Source: Octopus vulgaris
Taxonomy: Eukaryota
NCBI GenBank assembly: GCA_951406725.2
Contig: OX597832.1
Span: 44,392,001 to 44,456,000 of the forward strand
Direction of reading: 5' to 3'
DNA length: 64,000 bases
Numbering within the stretch: the first letter of the stretch is position 1; each line of letters opens with the position of its first letter. The translations under genes and the position numbers were made by a program. Shown piece after piece: positions 52,556-64,000 of the stretch. The notes under the pieces were generated by a model. The model was not told where the DNA came from and did no database searches. It worked only from the letters and a program-made list of their open reading frames with translations.

Positions 52556-53049
52556 CTAGAGAATATAGAATATGAAGAGAAAACATACGAAATAAATTCT
52601 TGCAAACATTTCAAAATAATTTATTAGACATTACTGTAATTATAGACATCTATGAAAGCAAAGTCTGAAATCTCTTCTGATCAAACTCTAATATTAACTT
52701 TTACATGAACGTATTTCTTAACATAACACAGAGTTGATGTGTTTTAAACACTTTTTAAAATAATTAAAAATTTATATATACCATTTTTTCTCCATTATTT
52801 ATCTGATATTTGGCACATATCTTAAAAGTTTCATTTATAAGATGATGTTGGAACTTATCCATGTTTACATTTCTGAGACAAATTTGAATGGAGCAGGTTT
52901 AGTTTTCATTTTTTGCATATATGGTAAGATAAGGTATCAAGTACAATGATATACTCCACCTGCTGAGAGCCTGGCCAAATACTTGCAACAAAATGACATC
53001 TTCACAAAAGGCCTCCAAGTGCCTTGAGGTGATGTTGAACTAATTAGTG

Positions 53050-53610
53050 TGTAAAGGGAACTGGTTGCTTCTTTACACTTTTGGGGTGCAACTTGGGTTC
53101 AACACAATTTCCTTTCCTTTTTGTTTCTAGAAAATACCAGTCGGTAACAAAACGCAACTTTAAAAATATATACGATTCTTTATTCTCTTATTCACAAATG
53201 AAGCACGATGGCATACTGGTATCCACCTAGTTCAACACAGCAAAGCTGAATTCTAACGTTTGTAAGATTCTTACAACAATTCAGCATTAATAGAACAGGT
53301 CAAATCCTAAGCGTCTGGGACAGGAGAATAGGCTGATCACACGTTTAAAAATACGTCCTTTCTCTTCTATCACTGTGTCTCAAGTCAACGACGCTATTAA
53401 GGAACGCGATAGAATTTCTTCCCCAGTCTCTAGCGCATGTGCATGAGGAAACTTCCTTATGCCTTTCCAGAAGGTTCCAGGAGGTTCCAACCCCGCACAC
53501 GCATACTGAAGAAGGATGTACCGCACACGCACACTGAAGAAGGATGTACCGCACACACACACTGAAGAATGACGTTGCGTGTGCGCACATTGGAATATGA
53601 CGTCAGTACA
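53050..53610. mobile_element. Solo LTR with 4-bp TSD AGTG (Gypsy-like)
   Basis: agtg|TGTA...TACA|agtg; empty sites at ~21170 and ~33833. Confidence 0.8.
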
Positions 53611-55902
53611 AGTGTAATACCAAGCTAGACCGGATCGGGTAAACCTAGACTCAATGGTTAATATTTAGTTTGTAGAATGACCGTGTGAAGGAGAGGTGAC
53701 GAGAATGTCTCCTTTAGTACGCCGCACGGTCGATTACAATAAATAGGAAAAAGGATGAATGAGTATGAATGCCAGCAGGAAAAGAGAGACACAACCAGTC
53801 GAATGTTGAAGAGAAAGATTTTATTGATAGGTTAACATGTGTGTCTGTGTGTGTGTCGTGTATATATAATAATAGACAGGCCGTCATGTATACATAATGT
53901 GTGTGCAGAAACGTGGATGTATGCGTGTGCGATGAGTACAGAGCATTGAAAGAGTCTATAATAGGACGTTAGAAGAATGCAATGCAGAGCCAGTTGAGGC
54001 ACGTGTCATGCGTGAAGCTGTGGCTACTATGCAGAGCCGGTTACTTGGTACAGAAGGTTCTCGCAGGTTGTATCTGCTGTTAACCATGGTGAAATAATTC
54101 ATGAACAGTGTTGAGTAGAGGCCATTGATTGGTTAAAATCTGAAATATTAAACTACGTTAAACTTACAAATTACAATTTTCTCAAGAGAGCCAGAAATTG
54201 TGTTGAAAACTGCCGTTCAAAAGGAATAGATCCTCCTTTTCTAATTGAAACCATTTTTCTGCAAAGCCTTCCACATGACCATATCACGCCATCCGACAAA
54301 TTTTGATGCTCTTATCCCACCAATGGAGCACGCGTGTGGCCCACTGGTATCATCATTAAAGGGGATGAGGAGTAAAAAAAAAAATCATAAATTTTCCAAA
54401 CCATTTTTTCATAACAAGATGTTTCCCATCATTTCGAAGTTTGTGGTGAAAAACAATCGGGAAAACCCTGTCCAAAAGGGAGAAATTCCAACTTATGTGG
54501 TCTTCTTGATCGGAAACTCCTCTCCCTGCTCCCTAAAAATTTTTTCCAAAAAAATTTCTTTATAATCTTAATCCATGCCGTTTGAAATGTATTTATATAA
54601 AATTTCACTAAAAGATATCCATTTTCCTGAAAGTTATGAGGGAAAAAATCGGATTGTGTGAAGTTTGCGAAAGTCCTCTCCTCATCCCCGTTTCGTTTGC
54701 GCAAATTTTGTTTTCCAGATTCGTTAACTTTTTTCTTCTTGTTCTGGTGGCCGGGTATTAAACTTGTAGTGTGATGGATGAAGAAGACAACAGAAAAAGA
54801 AGCAACGGGAGAAAGAATAACTAAAGGCCTTACCTTTTCGAAATCAGCGGTCTCTTTCACGAATTCTACACGTCTTATCGCTTTCCCGTCTATGTTGGAA
54901 CTGTCCTGCTTGACAAACTCCTGCTGCGCATGCATTCTGCAGTCTTCCGCCCACTTCATCTATCACCAGTGCACCACTTAGCTCATCACATCCTATAACA
55001 CCGACTGCCAACACCACAAAACTAGGTAGTAACCGATTCGCTGGCAGAAAAGTTAGCACGACGGGCGAAATGCTTAGCGGTATTTCCTCAGCGATACGTT
55101 GTTAGTTCAAATTCCGCCAAGGTCGACTTTGCCTTTCATCCTTTCGGGGTCGATAAATTAAGTACCAGTTACGCACTGGGGTCGATGTAATGGACTGAAT
55201 ACCTATGTCTGTCCTTGTTTGTCCCCTCTGTGTTTAGCCCCTTGTGGGTAATAAAGAAATAGGTATCCCAGACACTCCTATTAGATTGATACAGAAATTT
55301 AACCGTTTTCTTATTTTTTAAGGTAGGATATAATTTTAGGAAGATTTGGCTGGTCTATTGACCACGTAGGGTTTTTCTCTTTGACTCATATCTAGATTTT
55401 GATGTCAGCCAAGTTTTTTAAAGAATGAAAGTTTTCGAAAATGAACACGTTAATAATAAATAATTTCCATTATTTTATTTCATACAAAAACATTCGGTTA
55501 ATGTGAATAACTTGTCTTATTTTATCTAAAAAGACGAAGTGAAAAAAAAAAAATTTAATCTGCTACATGGTGAAGTTTTGCCGTGATTTGACTTTCAAAT
55601 AATGCATGACAAAACTATGGAATGTCGTCGATAATGAAGAGACTTTGCGAAGAAAGTTCGAGCGACGTGGCAATGAATGTGAAGTAATTAGTATGTCGAG
55701 TTAGGTTCCTTGCTGATAGAGTTAAAATGGGAGAAACATTTTTGTTTTAAAATTTCTATAGTGCAAAATAGAAGTTAACTGCCGCATAAAGTAGAAAAGA
55801 AGTTCTGCCGACGACCACGTAGACTGCAGTTGACTCCAGAAAGTGTACGGTAGACTAATTAACGATCTCGGCGTATAATGTGTGATGAACCAGAAATAAT
55901 AA

Positions 55903-56447
55903 TCTCTCATATATAAAACTGAGAACGTGTGTCTGTCTGTGTTTCCCTAAAACTTGAGAACTACATAACCAATTTCATTCAAATTTTACACATGCCTTAC
56001 TTAGAGTCCATGTTTTTTAATGGGAAAAAAAAATGTTCAACTTCTTGCCTTAGGCGAGCCCATAGCAATATCATATCTTCACCACTATGATTCCCTAAAA
56101 CTTGAGAACTAAATAACCAATTTCATTCAAATTTTACACATGCCTTACTTAGGGTCCATGTAGTTTCATGGGCAAAAAAATGTTCAACTTATTGCCTAGG
56201 GCGAGCCCATAGCAATATCATATCTTCTCCACTATGATTCCCTAAAACTTGAGAACTACAAAACCAATTTTATTCAAATTTTACACATGCCTTACTTAGG
56301 GTCCATGTAGTTTCATGGGTAAAAAAACGTTCAACTTCTTGCCTAGAGCGAGCCCATAGCAATATCATATCTTCTCCACTATTTCTGTATTACGTGTTAA
56401 AAATGAAACAAAACATTTCTCTACTTTATGTCAGATGCTTTCACTTT
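55903..56447 (+). mobile_element. Truncated Helitron with three internal repeats at a duplication junction
   Basis: Paralogue of 25189-25590. Confidence 0.7.
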
Positions 56448-56664
56448 ATTTTACCTTTCGTAAGATAGAAAATGGAAGAAGAAAAAGAAGAAGAAGAAGA
56501 AGAAGAAGAAGAAGAAGAAGAAGAAGAAGAAGAAGAAGAAGAAGAAGAAGAAGAAGAAGAAGAAGAAGGAGAAGAAGAAAAGAAGAAGAAGAAAAAAAGA
56601 AGAAGAAGAAAAAGAAGAAGGAGAAGGAGAAGAAGAAAAAGAAGAAGGAGAAGAAGCAGATGGC

Positions 56665-56696
<32 letters not shown>

Positions 56697-57960
56697 AGGA
56701 GGAGGAAGAAGAGAAGAAGATGGAGAAGAAGGAGGAGGAGGAGAAGGAGAAGAAGAAAAAGAAGTTGATGATGATGACGACGACAGCAATGATGAAGATG
56801 ATGATGGGTGTAGTGATGACTAGAACCACATTCATTATCTTTGAATGATGGATCGTTAGGGCCATTTGAGCATCAATGTTATTGACTCTAACCAGTTTCT
56901 CTGGAAATTACTGGTATGCCATTATAGACAATAGAATCAGAAGGAGCCTTCACTGTTCCATCACAACTGCTGGAGCTAGAGTAGGTTTTGACTGGTGATG
57001 GTAGGTGCCCCAACAGAATACTGTAAATCCTCGAGTATAATACGCAGAGGATTTTTAGGAGGCTGTACCTCTGAAAAACCTAAACCTTGTGTATAATACG
57101 CACTCCTTCTCTAACTTGAGTCATGAGTAATTAAATCAGCAGCATGTAGTTGAACAAATACTTCTGCACATGCGTAATACAATAATGGTGATGTTCTTAA
57201 CTGTTATATGGGAATGTAAATATGTTTGCAAATTGTTTTTATTACATGTTATTCTGTGTTCTAAATACTTTTATTTTGATAAATGTTGCTTACTGCAAGT
57301 TATGGATGATTCTTTTATGACTTCATTGCTTTCAGGCTTAGCTTAAGGTATTTTCGTGCCTGACATTACAAAATGTGTTACTGCCCATAACGCAGAAGAG
57401 AGGAAGTTTAACAAATGCATGAGCCTGACTGGCTGCTGTCTGTTTGTGCAGATTGCCATCAAGACCTTCGGTGTTCTTGGGCCCCTCACTGCTAATTCCT
57501 TCCACTAAATTAGGAAAGCAGTGGCCCGTGTGAAAAATGAACCCAGCAAAGTGGTATGGCTATTGTAGCGAGCATTGTTGGCCATTCTCTGTGATAATGC
57601 TTTTGCAGTTATGTCAGTGGAGTGCAGCTGAACATGCCATTTGGTCTGGGGTGTAAAACCTCTTACTCCTTCTCACCCCATCTTTTGCTGCTTAATTCCC
57701 CCTTTTTCTTTGTTGCCTCAGTGAGGTTACTCTCTCTTTACTCTTTTACTCTTTTACTTGTTTCAGTCATTTGACTGCAGCCATGCTGGAGCACCGCCTT
57801 TAATCAAGTAACTCGACCCCGAGACTTATTCTTTTTGTAAGACCAGTTCTTATTCTATCGGTCTCTTTTGCCGAACCGCTAAGTAACGGGGACCTAAACA
57901 CACCAGCATCGGTTGTCAAGCAATGCTAGGGGGACAAACACAGACACACAAACACACACA

Positions 57961-58010
<50 letters not shown>

Positions 58011-59333
58011 CATATATACGACAGGCTTCTTTCAGTTTCCGTCTACCAAATCCACTCACAAGGCTTTGGTTGGCCCGGGGCTATAGTAGAAGACACTTGT
58101 CCAAGGGGCCTCGCAGTGGGACTGAGCCCGGAACCATGTGGTTGGTAAGCAAGCTACTTACCACACACCCACTCCTGCGCCTGTTTTGGTTTTTCTTTTC
58201 TTTTGCTCATTTAATCTTTTATACTGTTAATGTTTTTTTCTTTCTTTTCTTTCAATCTAAATCAAAAAAACAAATTTGAATTAGTTGATGAACAAATATA
58301 AGGGAGGCAACTCTTTGCATGCTAATATCCTTTGCGTCAGAAAAAAATTTAGTTGTTATTTTTAAGAGTCAATTTAGCCATGGTCAAGCAGACTTATGAT
58401 TAAAGAGGTTCCAACAGCAATCAACCTTTCTTTTATTTTTTTTTATATTTTGTAAAGACCATGAGCAAATTATTGAATGGTTAAAAAGGTACAATCTTCT
58501 TTTCCAAAGACATTCAACATCTCAAAAGAGTCCAGAAGCTGGCTACCCACATGGTTCTTGGTCTCAAGTATTTGTCTTATGACGAGAGGCTGAAGACGCT
58601 CGATCTTTATTCTCTAGAAAAACGCCGCCGCCGTGATGATCTCATTCTCGCTCACAACATCATAAGCAGAAAGTGTAACCTCTCGAAAGAGCTGTTCTTC
58701 ACTCCTGCTCCAGAGCGTCGGCTGCGGGGTCACTCCGAAAAGCTCTATCTGCGACGAATTCATCTCAATCGAAGGAGAGGGGCTTTCTCCGTCCGGGTTG
58801 CGGATCCATGGAATAAGCTGCCGGACGAGATAGTGAAGATGCCGACGACCACATATATACGAGAGGCTTCATTCAGTTTCCGTCTACCAAATCCACTCAC
58901 AAGGCATTGGTCGGCCCGAGGCTATAGCAGAAGACACTTACCCAAGATGCCACGCCGTGGGACTGAACCCGGAACCATGTGGTTGGTTAGCAAGCTACTT
59001 ACCACACAGCCACTCCTGCACCTATACACACACGTGTGTGTGTGTTTATACACACGTGTTACACACATGTGTGTAACTTATCAGATTGACTGATTACAGT
59101 AATTTATGGCTGCTTTATATTGTTTTAACTTACAAGGCATCCATTAACCATTTCTATATTATTTTTTATGTAGAAATAAAAGCCATTCTTCTTTCTCTTC
59201 AAAAATATCTATGCCATTTAAACTTTCCTGTCAGCAAAGAGCATTTTTGTGCTAAGTTGAAAATACATTCTCAGACCATGTTTCCTATGAATTTATTTTA
59301 GTTGTTAAGATGTATATTATGTCACTTTATCTA

Positions 59334-59860
59334 TGAGGTCTGATCAAAAAATATCAGAACTTGTGCTATAAAAAGAAAACTATAACACAAATCAATTCAG
59401 CATTTAATCGCCTTCAAAGTAATCCTGTTCTAAAGACACACACTTTATCCAGTGCCGTTTCCATTGATGGAAGTATTCTTGGAACTTTTTTTTTTGGGGG
59501 GGGGGTGACAGTGAGCAGTTGCCGCATTGCATCATCTTAGATTTCCATGATGTCTTGAAATCTTGTTCAAGTGGAATTTGATTTTTGACTTGTTATTGGT
59601 GTCACAGCCAAAGACCCATGATTTATCACCTCTTATAACTGTTTTCAAAAGTTTTCGTCTTCCTCAACACAATCAAGGAGATCCTGCACATTTGAAACTT
59701 GACTCTTTTTTTTGAGATGACCACACTCTACACACTTTACTTCCAAGCATTGATATAAACAACAGAAGTGTGCATGCGGGACAGGGTTCAAGGTGAATTT
59801 TCCAAGTGGCTTCATTGTAGATAACTCAGCAACAGCCCAATCCCTTTTGATCAGACCTTG
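59334..59860 (-). mobile_element. Deleted mariner element (unit C copy)
   Basis: Same TIRs as 15792-16309. Confidence 0.85.
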
Positions 59861-62808
59861 TATTATTATAATTCTATTCACATTCACAATGCATTCATTA
59901 TAAGAATGAATATCCCTATAATCACACCAGTATTTGATTGCTAATCTATTTCATTGATTTTGTAAAGGTAAAAGATATTATTGAACCAATTGTGTATCAT
60001 ACTTAATGTCTGAGACCCCCTTCAGTCACAACACAGACCATGGGATTGCACCTAGAAAGTCACCCTCTCAGGTACACGTCCAGGCAAGTTTGTTTATGGA
60101 AGACCAGCAGTCGCCATGCATACCGGCCACCCCTCTCCATACCACCGATGTTATCTGAGGGAAAGGCAAAGGGGCCGATACAGCTTGGCACCTGTGTCGT
60201 CGTAACTCATTTCTCCAGCTGAGTGAACTGGAGCAATGTGAAATAAAGTGTCTTGCTCAAGAACACAACACGCAGCCCGGTCCGGGATTCGAACTCACAA
60301 CCTCACGATTGTAAGCTCTACGCTCTAACCACTGAGCCATGCACCTTCACATACTTAATGTAAATACATCACAAAAGGTTGATTTACTGCTGTGTATATC
60401 TCAAATTATTTTATCTCATAAGGACATGCTGAATTAAAAAATACATTATATATATCGAAGGCAGACGAAAATTGCTCTTGTTGCAAAGTGGTAAGTGTAC
60501 TGGATGCATTTCTGCCTCATTTAAGAAGGTGCATGACTCAGTGGTTAGGGCGTCAAGCTATCGATCGTGAGGTTGTGAGTTCGAATCCCGGACCGTGCTG
60601 CGTGTTGTGTTCTTGAGCAAGACACTTTATTTCACGTTGCTCCAGTTCACTCAGCTGTAGAAATGAGTTGCGATGTCACAGGTGCCAAGCTGTATCGGCC
60701 CCTTTGCCTTTCCCTTGGCTATGAGTATGTGCCATTGACAATGTAGCAGCACAAGCAGTCAGCGCCATATTGGATGAGATCTTGCGGCATCCATTGCCAT
60801 CTCCGAGACGGGAGCGAGACCTCACCTGCATTCATTTTTGCCATGTGAAAGATCACAACGAGGCTCGTGATAGAAAACTATATAAAGGGAAAACACTCTT
60901 CAAGTCTCTCTTCTTTGGCGCCGCTACACAGCAGCACTTGCTGAACACACCACTGGCTGGAGGCAATTTGCACCCGCATTATCGGAGCTTAAGATGGCAG
61001 CTGAGAGCAGCACCCTTCATTACCTTTCCTGTAAATAAACCAGTTGTAAATAGCATTTATAATTGAAGCCTTTTCACTTCACCTGCTGGAAGCCTGAACT
61101 ACATAAAGAACAAAAAGATGATGGAAGGAGATGATATTCCTCCGATATCATAAACCTTGCCTTCCATTATTAAAACAATGTCTAACAGGACATGAACACA
61201 TTTAGCATTCTCACCAACCACTGCTAGGACAATCTTCATATGCCTGATATAAATTGTGTTTTTAAACAAGCATGTCCATATCAGATATTATTTCTGCATG
61301 AATACTACAGAAAGTTTGCCTTTTGTGATGTATTTACTTTACATATAATATCCAGATGGATATGTATATATATTTAAGTATGCTGTGCATGAGAAGACCT
61401 GGCAGGACAAGTGAGACCATAAGCCGTGACCTCTACATGGGATGTAGCCAGTCCACTTATGCATATCTTTCCTTCTAGGGACACAAAACTCTGCTTGCGA
61501 AGACCTGTTGAGGCAAGTGAAATTGAAAATCGAAATCGATGAACATCAATGGAAATTGCAGCTGTGATACCAGTGCCGGTGGTATGTAAGAGAACCATCT
61601 GAACGTGGCCGTTGGCAGCGCCGCCCCGACTGCGCTCGTAAAAAGCACCCACTACACTCACAGAGTGGTTGGCATTAGGAAGGGCTTCTTAACTATACAG
61701 CAACACCTGTACCCTAGAAAATTTGACTGCTCCTGGGTGGGCTTGTACCATTTATTTTTTAGTCTGTTGCCAGCCCCACCTGGCCCTCGTGCTGGTGGCC
61801 GTTTGCCAGTCCTGTCTGACACCTGTGCCGGTGGCACGTAAAAAGCACCCACTACACTCACGGAGTGGTTGGCGTTAGGAAGGGCATCCAGCCGTAGAAA
61901 TACTGCCAGATCAGACTGGGCCTGATGCAGCCTTCTGGCTTTCCAGACCCCAGTTGAACCGTCCAACCCATGCTAGCACGGAAAGCGGACGCTAAACGAA
62001 GATGATGATGATGATGATGATGATGATTTGTTTGCATCTTGCTTAATATTTTCAAATATTTTTTAAAAATGGAAATGTTGGTTTGTAAATATTAAATGAA
62101 GCCCCATCACTGGAATTTCAGTAACAGCAACAAAAATAGAAAAGTATATGGGAATTTCTTCACTGATTCTTGTTCTACTTACAGATAGAACATTCTAGAA
62201 TAGACGGTATATATTCTCTTTGCTACCTTGAGAATATATATGTATATGGTACATTGGCTGTTAACTTTCCAAAAGTTTTGTAATGCCGCAATTATTGAAA
62301 CAATGTAATTAGTTTATCAAGATCCAAGACATAATTACGAAGGGTGAACACGGGCGCTCAAAAATTTCGAATGTCTAAATTTAAAACAAGGAATATAAAA
62401 GCCAGATGCAATCAACACATACATAATAATGGAATATTTACTGAGATACTTTATAAATATGAAACATACAAATATTGATTTCACTTTATTCAACGAGAAA
62501 ATAACGTTTACAGGCAACAGTAGATATATTGTTAAAATAGTAAACTTGCAAAGAAAGGATACTTTAAAAAGTGTCAAATTTTTCTGTCAATGTATAGCAT
62601 ATACAAATTCATAATATTGATTTGGATTAATGTGGTATTATAATATATCATTGAATAGATATGACCTTGGTTCTACACGATTACAATTATAATGTCCTAA
62701 GTCATTTTACTAAAAAAACGATTCTAAATAAATTTGTTCAGTTACATTCTCCACATAATACAATGTAGTATTCCATAAGAGGGAAATCTTTGACAGGGCA
62801 ATATTATC

Positions 62809-63986
62809 TTATGTTGTAGGATTTGTTACTTTACCAATGAAATGGATAATTTTAGTTCGGTTGTCAACAATTAAAAATGTGAATGGGTGATTGACATCAA
62901 AATCCATACAATTTAGAAAATAATCATCACACATCAAGCACCCAATATCAGTTGCAGCTGCAGCTTCCGTCCCTTCTTCATTAACATCAACAAATGCTTT
63001 ATGAAACATTTCACTGGCATAAATATTATTCTCACCACCAGTCATTCCAGATAAATCAGCTTTTAGAGGATCAAAAATATCAGGGAGTCCAAGGTTTTTC
63101 AAAACTTCAACCAACTGAAAACTACTCTCTAAACGAAATTTTGGCATATGTAATAGTAGACTCATCATTTTAAATCCTTTTCTGTCAACAATGTCTTTGA
63201 GAAATTGAGCATTAATCTCCTTCTCTAAAGCAGCAAGACCATTGATTTCATTGGGAAGAATTACAAACATACTAAATGCTTTTCCTATATAGGGTAACTC
63301 AACGACTTTATAGTTGTCGCTTATTTTGGTATTAAAATCTTCAGATGTATACATAAAATCATGAAATACAGTCTTGTCAGAACGTAAATAAAACTTTGTA
63401 GATTCTGTTGCATGTTCTGAGAATATTTTAGCCCACATTCCTTTAAAGTATACAGCATTAATAAGAACTAGAATTGATTGAGGTGTCAACCTTCCACTTT
63501 GTAACAGATCAGTAATTTTGTTATTTGTGTTATTCTTAACCCAATCATTAATAGTTATTCTTGTCTTCTCAGCATTTGTTATGAAGTCTACATTTTCAAT
63601 ATCTGAAAAGAAATATTTTACCATGTTGTTCTTGTAGTCTTCAGAAATAGGGAATATTTCACTGGCATACAAACGATTCACTGAATTGAATGTGACAAGT
63701 TTATCTGAGTTTTTCAAAAGTGAAAAATATTCTTTAAAAGCCAAAGCTACAGAATCTGGATTTGATGTTATCTTCAAAACATTTTCAATCTGTTTGGCAG
63801 AGTTTTGTCTTGCTCCCAAATAAACCATTGATAAAACAGTAGCAACACTGAATGGTGACATGAAGACATTTTCATTGGTTCCTGTAGCCACAGCTTGGTA
63901 AAGACTGTTTGTAAAATAATCAATTGAAGCAGCAAGGTTACCGATGTCTTGTTTCTCTGCTGAGTCCATATTGTATACGATAGTGT
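62809..63986 (-). CDS. Serpin copy 5; RCL TDIGCLMC-DDYF
   Basis: Intact 386-aa ORF from ATG 63969; phase-1 acceptor ctccag. Confidence 0.95.
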
Positions 63987-64000
63987 CTGGAGAATATAGA

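Larger units (their letters stand above)
56450..64000. repeat. Segmental duplication unit C (runs off the window)
   Basis: Colinear with 25600-33342. Confidence 0.92.

Noticed and set aside
55945-56380. Regular ~130-150-bp repeats (CRISPR-like spacing)
   Set aside because: No unique spacers; internal Helitron tandem repeats in eukaryotic DNA
12831-64000. Repeat units as uncollapsed haplotypes
   Set aside because: Three units with private insertions and very different RCLs exceed a two-allele explanation; read-level confirmation is still advisable

Overview
Eukaryotic, repeat-rich genomic DNA; the SINE families and microsatellite load look like Octopus (taxon inferred, not verified). The core is a serpin array: five intact single-exon serpin domains (10.7 kb on +; 19.5, 32.1, 51.4 and 62.8 kb on -), two pseudogenes (46-47 kb on -, 47.7-48.7 kb on +) and one mini-cassette holding only the reactive centre loop (RCL) and C-terminus (44.0-44.2 kb on -). 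The scaffolds are near-identical while the RCLs are highly divergent. Main observation: I found only ONE signal-peptide leader exon (8545-8614, absent from the ORF track). It splices in frame to the + copy. All six - strand cassettes keep the same in-frame phase-1 splice acceptor and a homologous 3' flank, but have no visible leader. A 147-bp identical RCL tract sits inside diverged flanks, and the copies are patchwork mosaics. Together this suggests a one-leader/many-cassette serpin diversification system, by alternative terminal exons and/or conversion or inversion; the mechanism is inference. The rest is a ~12.7-kb tandem segmental duplication filled with SINEs, Helitrons, mariner/pogo MITEs, a Merlin transposase relic, solo LTRs, LINE fragments and Penelope remnants, including a type I hammerhead ribozyme. 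Repeat boundaries are approximate.
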